From Hypanus sabinus (taxonomy: Eukaryota): a stretch of DNA of 64,000 bases. The DNA lies in assembly GCF_030144855.1 (NCBI RefSeq), contig NC_082727.1:45818001-45882000 (forward strand), in the 5' to 3' direction. Below are positions 26,415-37,873 of this stretch, piece by piece (the stretch's first letter is position 1; each line of letters starts with the position of its first letter). The notes under the pieces are model-generated. The model saw only the letters and a program-made list of their open reading frames with translations. It was not told the DNA's origin and made no database searches. The translations under genes were made by a program, and so were the position numbers.

Positions 26415-27683
26415 GCAAAACACGAGGAAATCTGCAGATGCTGGAAATTCAAACAACACACAAAATGCTGGTAGAACACAGCAGGCTAGGCAGCATCTAT
26501 AGGGAGAAGCGATGTCGACGTTTCAGGCCGAGACCCTTTGTCAGGACTAACCAAAAGGAAAGATAGTAAGAGATTTGAAAGTAGAATGGGGAGGGGGAAA
26601 TGTGAAATGATAGGAGTAGACCGGAGGGGGTGGGATGAAGCCAAGAGCTGGAAAGGTGATTGGCGAAAGTGATACAGAGCTGGAGAAGGGAAAGGATCAT
26701 GGGACGGGAGGCCTCAGGAGAAAGAAAGGAGCCGGGGGAGCACCAGAGGGAGATGGAGAACAGGCAAACAACTAAATATGTCAGGGATGGGGTAAGAAGG
26801 GGAGGAGGGTCATTAAAGGAAGTTAGAGAAGTCAATGTTCATGCCATCAGGTTGGAGGCTACCCAGCCGGTATATAAGGTGTTGTTCCTCCAACCTGAGT
26901 TTGGATTCATTTTGACAATAGAGGAGGCCATGGATAGACATACCAGAATGGGAATGGGACGTAGAATTAAAACGTGTGGCCACTAGGAGATCCTGCTTTT
27001 CCTGGCGGATCGAGCGTAGGTGTTCCACGAAACTGTCTCCCAGTCTGCGTCGGGTCTCACCAATATATAAAAGGCCACACCGGGAGCACCGGACGCAGTA
27101 TACCACACCAGCCGACTCACAGGTGACGTGTCGTCTCACCTGGAAGGACTGTCTGAGGCCCTGAATGGTGGTGAGGGAGGAAGTGTAAGGGCAGGTGTAG
27201 CACTTGTTCCGTTTACAAGGATAAGTGCCAGGAGGGAGATCAGTGGGAAGGAATGGGGGGGGGGGGGGGGGACGAGTGGACAAGGGAGTCGCGTAGGGAG
27301 CGATCGCTGCGAAAAGCGGGGGGGGGGGGAGAGAAAAATGTGTTTGGTAGTGGGATCCTGTTGGAGGTGGCGGAAGTTACAGAGAATTATATGTTGGACC
27401 TGGAGGCTGGTCGGGTGGTAGGTAAGGACAAGGGAAACCCTATCCTGAGTGGGGTGGCGGGTGGATGGGGTGAGGGCAGATGTGCGGGAAATGGGAGAGA
27501 TGCGTTTGAGAGCAGAGTTGATGGTGGACGAAGGGAAGCCCCTTTGCTTAAGAAAGGAAGACATCTCCTTCATCCTGGAAAGAAAAGCCTCATCCTGAGA
27601 GCATGGTGGATGAAGGGAAGCCCCTTTGCTTAAAAAAGGAAGACATCTCCTTTGTCCTGGAAAGAAAAGCCTCATCCTCATCC
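26415..27683 (-). mobile_element. 5'-truncated Penelope-like retroelement with GIY-YIG endonuclease remnant and 10-bp TSD
   Basis: ORF 26813-27283 reads CESAGVVYCVRCSRCGLLYIGETRRRLGDSFVEH…; TSD taaatactta at 26405-26414 and 27684-27693. Confidence 0.93.
26513..26549 (-). ncRNA. Minimal type I hammerhead ribozyme of the Penelope element (G8 mutated)
   Basis: GTC-CTGACAA-A-GGGTC-TC-GGCCT-GAAAC-GTC-GAC: stem I GTC/GAC, core CUGANGA (here CUGACAA), stem II, GAAA, palindromic ACGT stem III, GUC cleavage triplet. Confidence 0.75.
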
Positions 27684-28779
27684 TAAATACTTAATTACTT
27701 CTTTGAAGATTTTGCCTATGAATGGAAATCTTCTTCTGGTTTCCCTGACTTCCATCTGTCTCCAACAACGTAGTTTCCTTACCTGCCTTGCAAATATCTG
27801 TCATATGCAATGAAATAAAGAGATATCTGCATAGCAATCAACTGCAGAATAGGTTTCTGTGAGTAATATCTGAATGGTTGATTAAAGCTCTCCGTGACAT
27901 ATTAATTATGATCCAGATAACTGAATATACTTGGCTGTAACAATACTTTGCTAGGATCTGGCAGAAATCAGTAGCCTTTGCTATAAATCTACAATTCAGA
28001 TTTGCTAACAGTTAATCTGTTAGCAGCACATTTTGCTATCTTCTTCCTTAATTAAAAAAGTCAGGTGTACCAGAATTATGTTCACAATTCTGTGTTCATT
28101 CTCATATATAAGCTACTTCTGTGAGTTGTATAACTTACAAAGTATGACTAAGTTGAAATCTTCCCATGAGGGTGTGTAGCCATCTCCAAAACAATAAAGT
28201 CTCCACATGTACAACATATGCACAAGACTGTCATATTGCAAGTCAGAATTAAGCATGTTCTGTTTTACAAACCAGATATGGGACATCTGATAGATGAGGC
28301 TAAGTACCCATAGATAGTTAGAATATCTTGATAGATTGTAGATAACATAACCTGTCATCAATAGCCTCTTTAAACTGTCATTCTTACATCCTACAGAAGT
28401 AAATGTAGATTTCCAAATAAGAATATCAGTTACATTCAAAAAACAAAAGAAAGAGCGAGATATCAGGAACAGAGTCAGCATTTAGTGGTAGGCCACATTT
28501 TGGTAGATGGGACTTTGGAAGTGCACATTTCCTTTTTTTACTGCTCTCCCTATGGGTACAAAATTGGGATCCAACTAGAATTTTTTAAAAACTTGTATTT
28601 AATATCTGCACAATCATTATATTTTGTAATCATTAAAGAACCTTAAATCTTTTTTATTTGTAATAAAATTATTTGTAAAAAAAAAGCCCAGCTGATTTTA
28701 CAACTTAAAACAAATTCAGATATTACAGTAGGGGAACGTAATTCATGCAACTTCTTGTAAGTGAGTAGGGCATACTTAC

Positions 28780-28944
28780 ATTTTGAATGCTTGTCACACA
28801 GGGCACCAGCACGCATATCACAAAGTCTTATAGTACCTTTACTACTACTATAGGCAAACACATTGCACTGATGAGGATGACATTCTGCTGCTGTAATTAC
28901 TTCTGTCAGCTCTTCCATGTTGGCAGGTTTAATATCTACAATAT
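28780..28944 (-). CDS. PPP2R2D: B55-delta coding exon 7, (N)[54 protein letters not shown]
   Basis: CTAAAG| acceptor, T|GTAAGT donor, 165 bp. Confidence 0.98.
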
Positions 28945-29849
28945 CTTTAGCAAGTTGTTAAGAAAAACTTTATAACTAAACAAGGAAACAATTACATGAA
29001 CATATTTCACATGAAAATCAATAGTTTATGATAAATATAAAATACAAATTTCTATCAAAAGACAAGGGAGATGGGAAAGGAATAAGTTTTTTAAAAAAAA
29101 CTGCAAAATGGTCAAGATATATTTGAAAGGAATTATACTTTCATTCACTATTTCAGTTAAGGGGATCTAATCTTTAAGCCCAATGTTACCAAAATAACCT
29201 AATAAAATTAAAAGGTTTGCTTTTGTATTCTCACAGAAGGTTCAAACAGTTATTGGGGGAAACCCATAAAAAAATAATTTTCTGGACTATGACTTTTCTG
29301 AATATTTATGGCAATATGAACATGACTGGCCAGTAATCTATTTAACCATATCCAAAAAAGTGATCTGTAGTTGAAACTAACCTGTTGAAAAGCCTTCGTG
29401 TTCCTCAAGAAATTCATCTGAGATTTTTATATGGTTTTCCATCTTAGTAAATTTTCTCCTGTGTAAGACTTCCTCAAATGAGATCAACAGTAGTACAGTA
29501 TGCACATTTTATTTGCAGTGAAACTTCCAAGCAATTTTTACAAATCTCATTTGCCCCCAAAACAGTTTATTAAAGGAGAAATCACTCAAACTGAAGCTGT
29601 AGTTTAAGCCACAGTTGCATAATTGTTTACTAATCCTCAACAGCTAAAGCCTTGCATCTAACGAGGAATGGAAAGTATACAAATGAGAAATTGCAAAATG
29701 TCACAGATTGTGACAACAACAATGCTAGTTATATTCAATCACAGAAAACATTTTAAATGCTGGTTTGGATGAAAGAATATTTGATAGAAACAGATATTAC
29801 TAAATCAGATATCACAATAGACTATAATAGGAACATTGAGAAAGGATAC
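28945..29849 (-). other. U12-type (minor spliceosome) GT-AG intron
   Basis: 5' splice site GTATCCTTT (29849-29841). Branch site TTTTCTTAAC (28966-28957) with the branch A about 14 nt from the AG. No polypyrimidine tract. The reading frame continues as F-N-I-V-D. Confidence 0.93.
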
Positions 29850-30027
29850 TAAAACTTCTATCTGTAATTTCTAAATGCCACAGGTTTATTCTAAGATCAT
29901 CTGATGAAAGGTAGGTTTCATAGTCACTATTTACTGAAATTGAGTTAATGTGATAAGTATGTGCATTTGCAAATATTCTTCGCGGACTTGCTTCTACCAT
30001 CAAGTCCATAGGTTTTAGTACTGGCAC
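29850..30027 (-). CDS. PPP2R2D: B55-delta coding exon 6, [59 protein letters not shown]
   Basis: GACAG| acceptor, A|GTATCCTTT (U12) donor, 178 bp; contains the PR55 signature [11 protein letters not shown]. Confidence 0.98.
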
Positions 30028-31165
30028 CTGTCAAGTTAAAAACAAAATCATTTTCAAACAGAAAATTATAACATTTACTCACTTTCTCACTTAAGTTGGA
30101 ATCTGCTATACACCCAAAAATTATGTATCAAGTTCCTTGGGTTGAGTTTTCTATTGAACTACTATATTCCAGATTAATTTTCTAGAATGCCATAAGAAAA
30201 TACTATATGCAATTCATTACAAAAAAATTGCGATGAGTAACTCTATTAGATTTTATTGTTATAGTCAATAAATATTGCTTTGAGTTAGAGGACTTGAATT
30301 TAAGATTGGCAAACTATAAAACAAAATCTGAAACAATATTTAGATAAAATTCACAGTGCATGCCTTGGATGGTGGTCCATTATATAGCATCCCAGACGAT
30401 AGCTAAATGTACTGGGCACAAAGAATTGCTGAGAAATCCCACGTGGGCTGCATATGCCTAAAAGCAGTCAAACTACTCTTATCAGCTACCTACATTTATT
30501 TTCAAATGAAACAAATACAACATGCTTAACCTGCTATTAAAATTTAATTCAGTCTGTGAGGGAGAGGGAGGATTGATATAACTGTATAATATCCCCATTA
30601 GTTTCATAACTACCAGCCTTAATAATAACCCAAATATACCCTGATTATATCTCTATTTGAGAACTTAGTTAATTTGGTTTTCCTGACTATGTCTGCTGTG
30701 CAACAATAATGAGAATTCTCATTTAAATTAAACTCAGCTTTAAATTAAGTTATAGCTTAACAGTACTAATGCATAAAACATTCTTTTTTAGAAAACACAA
30801 TTTGAATGTAGTATTTGAATGTAATCAATCAGCAGTAACACTGATGGTTGATTCCAATTACTGGTCTAATCAGACTTTTGGCATATAGGAATGACATATT
30901 TAAACAATCTTCCAATTATTTATCATATAGGCCAGGTTCTAGAAAGAAACAACTTCAATAATTTAACTTATCAAATCAGCTGTGGTAAATACAAATGTGA
31001 TCTAATGTCTATTTATGACAGAAGTACCTGCAGGTTTTTCGTACTCAGTGGGGTTAAATCTAGATCTGCACAATCTCTGTGTGAGCACAGCAACATCGTC
31101 ATGAATGACACAACCCAAATAAATTGATGATTATCTCTCAAACCAATCATATCAGCATCGCATAC

Positions 31166-31278
31166 CCGTAAAGTGGTTATTCTGATAGGATCCCTAAATC
31201 TTCCATCTTCTTCCTTCAAATTATAGCCTTCTGCTCGTTTGTCCCTTTCACTTATCTTCCACAATTTTATAGTTTTAT
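31166..31278 (-). CDS. PPP2R2D: B55-delta coding exon 5, (D)[37 protein letters not shown]
   Basis: TTTCAG| acceptor, CGG|GTATG donor, 113 bp. ERDKRAEG is delta-like (alpha and beta have RPEG). Confidence 0.97.
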
Positions 31279-32567
31279 CTGAAAGTTACAAGTTAAACCT
31301 CAAAGTTTATATTCTTTCGAATGATTTACTTCAAGTACATCTAGATTTGAATCAATTGAGAATTTCATCTTTGTTGTTCAATGCGAGATTCTCAGGATCA
31401 AAAAGACTTCAATCATGACAGAAATATCTGCAGAAATAATATGTCATTATATAATTTTTTTCCTTTGGAATGTGAATAGATTCTGAAAATTCTTGTTTGC
31501 TAGCTATAAGGTTATTGATGGACATGGTAACAGCACAAAACTACACCCAAGTAAGCATGAAACAACACACCCACTCAGAAATCTGTGAAATTTGCCCTCC
31601 ATATTCCCTATGTTTTAATAGTGACTAAACCTAAAAAAGAAAATTCACTTTGGGATATTCTGGAGGATTAGAAACATAGGGGACAATTTCTTTCTTTTCA
31701 ATATGCAAATTTCACATTTCAAAGGATCCAATTTTCATTTATTCAATATTTTTGACATTTCAACTTTGCGTTTTTAATCCGCTGAATATCTAACTAAAAT
31801 AATAAATTTAGTCAAAATTAACATGAAAATAACAAAAATAAAGCATGATGGATTCCATTTGACAATGGAATAACACGTTCTTATATTTATCTGTGTACAT
31901 GCACATTATACTAATTTATTTTTGCCTGTGTCCATGCAAAGCACTACCCTAAAAATTATAGAATACCCAAAAGGGTGAACAAGACCAGTGTTTCTCAATA
32001 ACTGATCCACAGAGCCATGCCAATTCACATGATGAGAAACATAAACACACACATATTATATACATATAAATTTAGGGAAAAATAGTACAGACTTAAGATT
32101 TCAGAATGGAGCAGAATTTCATGAAGTTTATGTTCTGACCCACTTCAACTCCTTTTATTTATTCTTTTATTTAAAACTATGCTTGCATGTGGTTTTCAAC
32201 TGAAATTACAGCAGCATAAACCACCAAGTTAAAAAAAGATTTTAATGTGTCCAAAAAGAATTCCGTCAAAGCAGTTATTGTTGGATCATTTGTTTGGAAT
32301 AAGTAAAATTCCGACAAAACTTAACAGAGATGAGACGTGATGGACTAATCAAAGAAAAAAACAGGGAAGTAGAATGCCCTTAACCTCAGTATGCTGTATG
32401 AGGTGTCATTGTGAGCAATAATGTTATAAAAGCTTCCAAACTGATTTGTTGCCTTGAAAGCAAACACCCAATTCTAAAAGAAAAGTCAGCAGAATTCTTC
32501 CATGAAGTCAGATGAAGTGGTAACTACATAAGAACTACTAAATGATTCATGCTGATCAATGAAGTTA

Positions 32568-32843
32568 CAGACCGTCTTTGGGTTACAAATGGCCAACTTA
32601 TGGACATCTCTACATATAAATGAGCTCCATAATATTAAGTTCAAAAGTCAAACAGACATATATTACAGATGGTAGAACTAGTCCCCTCTCATGCTTTTTT
32701 GTAATTCTTCTGTCTTATCAATAGTGTACTTTTGATGCTCTTCCTTACATTTGAGTTATTTCTATGTATTTTCCAACATGTATAAAATCGATTTAGATGT
32801 CTGTTAAAAAAAAGGAACTTGTTCTTTACACAGGAACAGCCTG
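32568..32843. mobile_element. Decayed Tigger/pogo-type MITE
   Basis: TA|CAGACCGTCTTTGGGTTAC … ACAGGAACAGCCTG|TA. Confidence 0.5.
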
Positions 32844-33474
32844 TATGCTAAATATATCACATCTCCTGACCCAACACATTGCAAATGGAAATCATAATTT
32901 ATAATAAGTAATTCAGTTATTATAATCATAAAATTATAATTCAGTTATTAAGTCTGTTGGTCAATCTTTAGAGCTGAAAAAACTTGCAGCAGCCCTCTGA
33001 CAAACACTACTGTCTCAAACTGAATTACCATGTTGAAGAAAACACTAAAACACAATTTATTCAGGAAGTGAAAACATTCAGGCCAGTTAGCAACAACAGC
33101 TCGGTGACTGGTTTGGTATTCATAAAGCTGTGGTTCATATGATTTGTGGACTCTGGTAGGACAGGACCTTTGTTAGAGATTTACTTTGCATGAATGATAG
33201 CCATAACTTACATTTGTTGCTAGACTGTTTCAAATTCTGCAAGATACTCAGGCATGAACTGTTATATGGCTGCTACAATGGAATTTGTACTGACAGAGAA
33301 GCCACAATGACAGGCAGACATTCAAATATAGTGGCTAGACTGCAGGAAGTTGAACTGAATACAATACAGTGCTCTATTTCATTTTATAAGTTTCAAGCTT
33401 TTATGAAATGAAGCAATGCTTTGTATATCCAGTGAAAGCAGAAAAAAAATGTTTGGGACCTTAAAAGAAAACCA

Positions 33475-35990
33475 TCTTTAGGAAGATGGCTAGCCACTTC
33501 AAAACCACTCCTCAAGAAGGGAGAGAGGCAGAAAAAAGGAAATTATAAGCCAGTTAGTCTGACATCAGTGGCTTGAAAGATGTTGAGTCGATTATTAATG
33601 ATGAGGTCTCAGGGTACTGGGAGGCACAAGATAAAAAAGGCCATAGTCAGCATGGTTTCCTCAAGGGAAAATCTTGCCTGACAAATCTGTTGGAATTCTT
33701 TGAAGAACTAACAAGTGGGGTAGACAAAGGAGAATTGGTTGACGTTGTATATTTGGATTTTCATAATGCCTTTGTCAAGGTGCCACACACAAGGCTGCTT
33801 AACAAGGTACTACATGAAAGCTTCTAGCATGGATAAAGCATTGGCTGATTGGCAGGAGGGAAGGAGGGGAATGAAGGGAGCATTTTCTGGTTGGCTACCA
33901 GTGAGCTGTGGTGCTCCACAGGGTCTGCGTGGGACTGATTCTTTTTACGTTATACGTCAATGATTTGGATGATAGAATTGATGGCTTTGTTGCAAAGTTT
34001 GCAGAGGATATGAAGAAAGGTGGAGGGGCAGGTAGTTTTGTGAAAATAGAGAGGCCACAGAAAGACTTAAATAGATTAAGAGTATGGGCAAAGAAGAGAC
34101 AGATAGAATACATTGTTGGGAAGTGTACGGTCATGCACTTTGGAAGAAGACCTTAAGAGCAAAAGACATAGGAACAGAATTAGGCCAATCAGTCCACTGA
34201 GTCTGCTCTGCCATTCCATCATGGCTAACCCCAGATTCCAATCAACTCCATACATCTCTCTGCTCACCATAATCTTTGATACCCTGACCAATCACGTCAA
34301 ACCCTGACATTTAAAGTGAATAAGTGTGAGGTTATCCACTTGGGAGTAAGAACAGGAAGGCAGATTATTATCTGAACGGTGTAGAGTTAGGTAAGGGAGA
34401 AATACAAAGAGATCTAGGAGTCCTTGTTCATCAGTCACTGAAGATGAATGAGCAAGTACAGCAGGCAGTGAAGAAGGCTAATGTAATGTTGGCCTTTATT
34501 ACAAAGGGAATTGAGTACAAAAGCAAGGAAATCCTCTTGCATTTGTACAGAGCCCTGGTGAGACCACACCTAGAGTACTGTGTACAGTTTTGGTCTCCAG
34601 GGTTAAGGAAGGACATCCTGGCTGTAGAGGAAGTGCAGCATAGATTCACGAGGTTAATTCCTGGGATGTCTGGACTGTCTTACGCAGAGAGGTTAGAGCT
34701 TGTACACGCTGGAATTAAGGAGATTGAGAGGGGATCTGATTGAAACATATAAGATTATTAAGGGATTGGACAAGATAGAGGCAGGAAATATGTTCCAGAT
34801 GCTGGGAGAGTCCAGTACCAGAGGGAATGGTTTGAGAATAAGGGGTAGGTCTTTTAGGACAGAGTTAAGGGAAAACTTCTTCTCCCAGAGAGTTGTGGGG
34901 GTCTGGAATGCACTGCCTCAGAAGGTAGTGGAGGCCAATTTTCTGAATGCTTTCAAGAAGGAGCTAGATAGGTATCTTATGGATAGGGGAATCAAGGGAT
35001 ATGGGGACAAGGCAGGAACCGGGTATTGATAGTAGATGATCAGCCATGATCTCAAAATGGCGGTGCAGGCTTGAAGGGCCGAATGGTTTACTTCTGCACC
35101 TATTGTCTATAATCAGGATATTTCCATTTTTGCTTTAAATACACCCATGGACTTGGCCTCCACAACTGCCTGTAGCAGAGCATTCCACAGATTGACTACT
35201 GTCTGGTTAAAAGAATTTCTCCTTCCCTGTGTTCTAAAAGGATGCCCCTCAATTTTAGGGTTTACTATTTTCTAAATGGAGAGAAAATTCAAAAATTTGA
35301 GGTGCAAAGGGATTTGGGAGTCCTTGTGCTGGATTCCCTAAAGGTTAATTTGCAGATTGAATCTGCGATGAGGAAGGCAAATGCATTGCTAGCATTCAGT
35401 TCAAGAGGACTAGAACATAAACACAAGGATGTAATGTGGAGACTTGATAAAGCACTGTGAGGCCTCACTGGAGGTACTGTGAGCAGTTTTGGACCCCTTA
35501 TCTTAGAAAAGATGTGCTGAAACTGGAGAGGTTCAAAGGAGGTTCATAAAAATGATTCCAGGATTGAATCGCTTGTCATACAAAGAGCGTTTGATGCCTC
35601 TGGGCACTAGATTTCAGAAAAATGAGGAGTGATCTAATTGAAACCCATCGAGGGGTGAAAGGCCTTGGTAGAGTGGATGTGGAGAAGATGTTTGCTGTGA
35701 TGGTAGAGTTGAAGACTAAGGGACATAGCCTCAGAAGAGAGGGGCATCATCTTAGAGTGAAGATGTGAAGGAATTTCTTTAGCCAGAGTGTGGCAAATTT
35801 GTGGAATTTTTTGTCACAGGCAGCTGTGGAGGCCAAGTTTTATGTATATTTAAGGCAGAAGTTGATATATTCTTGATTGGTCAGGGCATGAAGAGAAAAG
35901 GCAGGAGATTGGGGCTGAGAGGAAAAATGGATCAGCCATGATGAAACGGTAGAGCAGACTCGATGAGCCAAATGGCCTGACAAGTTTGGT
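33475..35990 (+). mobile_element. Nested CR1 cluster: outer + copy (33475-34150, 35260-35990), middle - copy (34160-34294, 35111-35260), inner young + copy (34295-35110)
   Basis: RT motifs QHGFLKGKSCLTNLLEFFE and AKFAED. The outer frame HFGRR…YFLNGEKIQK is split by the inserts. The inner copy has TSD aatca. Confidence 0.9.
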
Positions 35991-37093
35991 AAAGGTTGCA
36001 GGAGGCCAAGAGCTGCAATAATGGCCAGTTTCAATAATGACTGCCAGCATTCACAGCCTCCAAACTGCTATAAGGTTGTGAGCCAACTGCATATTTTTTC
36101 AAAATTAAAAACTGGGAGGGATTGGGGAGGGAAGGAAAAATCAAATTTGAATACCAGCAGAGTGATGAAAGGGCCTATATGAGAAATGAACTTGGAAGCA
36201 GTTGATCTGTGGAGAGAGAATGAAGAAAGTGAGAGATATAAATATATTACTGCAGTAATGGAAAGAAAACTTGAGGATTTAAAGGTTAACCTGGCATCCT
36301 TAAATCACTAGGAAGACAAGGTCTTCTTAGGGATGTTCAACAATAGGCATTCCTAGGATAATGAAGTCCCAGTTCTCTGCATAGCTCTAAAAGGAATATT
36401 TCAGTGGGAGAGTAACATCACCTGTGTACCTGATATAGAGTTGTGTTAGGATTCAAAAACTTAAGTGCCCAGATGAACTTATGGAGTAGTGCAAAGTGAC
36501 CTAAAAAGGTTTAACACAGTTCACTCCAAGGAGGGGAAAAAAAAAGATCTTCAATAGCATAAAATATATGCAACTGAAATTTTAGAACACAGAATCCAGA
36601 GACGTTAACAACCCAGCAGCATTGTCCAAATAACCTCTTCAAATGGGCACAGGCAGTGACTGGTGGCGAGTTACTAGCTTACTAGCTAGTCTTGCTCACA
36701 TTGTCACCTGCAATTCAAACACACATTTTTCTTGGCAAGATCACTGGATTACAATGAACAGCAAAATATTCTGCCCAGCTTCACCTACTTCAACCCATGG
36801 CGCCCTAGGATTCAATAATAACGTCTCTATAATACTTGGTGTAACAGCTGAAGTTTCCTACACACAACAGGCTCTGGGTTTTGTTCACTACCAAATAGGC
36901 ATTTTAAATAAACTGCCACCGGTGTCACTCTTATGTTTGACTGAATCAATTCAGCAAGTAACTATCAAAGAAACCATTCACAACATCTAGAATATCAAAA
37001 CCAAGAATCAAATCTTTTGAATTTATTTATAACACACTTTTTGATTTCAATAGAAAGATAGTTACAAATAGATTATGAGAATCTAAATCTCAC

Positions 37094-37259
37094 CATTTGT
37101 AGATAGCAAGAAATGAGCAGCATTCTGTTGGGGTAACCACCTGATTTTATTAATTTTTTCCTCAATTTCTAGACTTTTCAGATAATCAAACTCTGGTTCA
37201 TGACTCTGAAATGTACTGTAAACATTGTATTCGCCTCTATGGTGAGGTCTGCTTTTACT
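37094..37259 (-). CDS. PPP2R2D: B55-delta coding exon 4, [55 protein letters not shown]
   Basis: TTTTGCAG| acceptor, ATG|GTGAG donor, 166 bp; contains the PR55 signature [15 protein letters not shown]. Confidence 0.98.
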
Positions 37260-37529
37260 CTGCAAAAGAAACAGGAGGTTATATTGAATATTAATATATT
37301 AACATATTGACATCCTTAATACATCTTGATAAGCAACATAGTAATGGCAGAAATCTCTCCATTATCCTTTGATCTCCTCCCATACATTCTTCCGTCCTTT
37401 TGTGCTTCATTTGCAACTTTTTAGATCTAATATGAAATTGAAATTGCACAGCAGGATCATATAGTGTCTTGGGTTTTAATATGTCTTCAATTTATCATAC
37501 ACAATTTACATTCAATAAATTAAAGAATA

Positions 37530-37873
37530 CAGTACTGTGTAAAAGTCTTAGGCACATGTAAAAAAATCTGTAAAGCAAAGATGCTTTCAAAATACTGTAA
37601 TGAAGAGTTTCTAAATATCAAAAGCTTACTGTAAAGAGTAGTAAACAGTTAAAAAAAAATCAATATTTGGTGTGACACCCTTTGCCTTTAAAACTGCTGG
37701 TTGGTTGTTCCAAGCATCTTGGAGAACTTGCCACAGTTCTTCTGCAAACTTTAGCTGTCTTGGTTGCTTCTACATAGTTTTGATGATGTTGAGATCAGAG
37801 CTCTGTGGAGGAAATACCACCTGAAACCATATTTTAAGAAATCTAGGATGCCTAAGACTTTTTCATAGTACTG
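37530..37873. mobile_element. Tc1/mariner non-autonomous element (MITE)
   Basis: TA|CAGTACTGTGTAAAAGTCTTAGGCA … TGCCTAAGACTTTTTCATAGTACTG|TA. Confidence 0.85.

Noticed and set aside
30708-30723. 16-bp perfect palindrome aatgagaattctcatt
   Set aside because: Isolated and AT-rich; no supporting context for a function.
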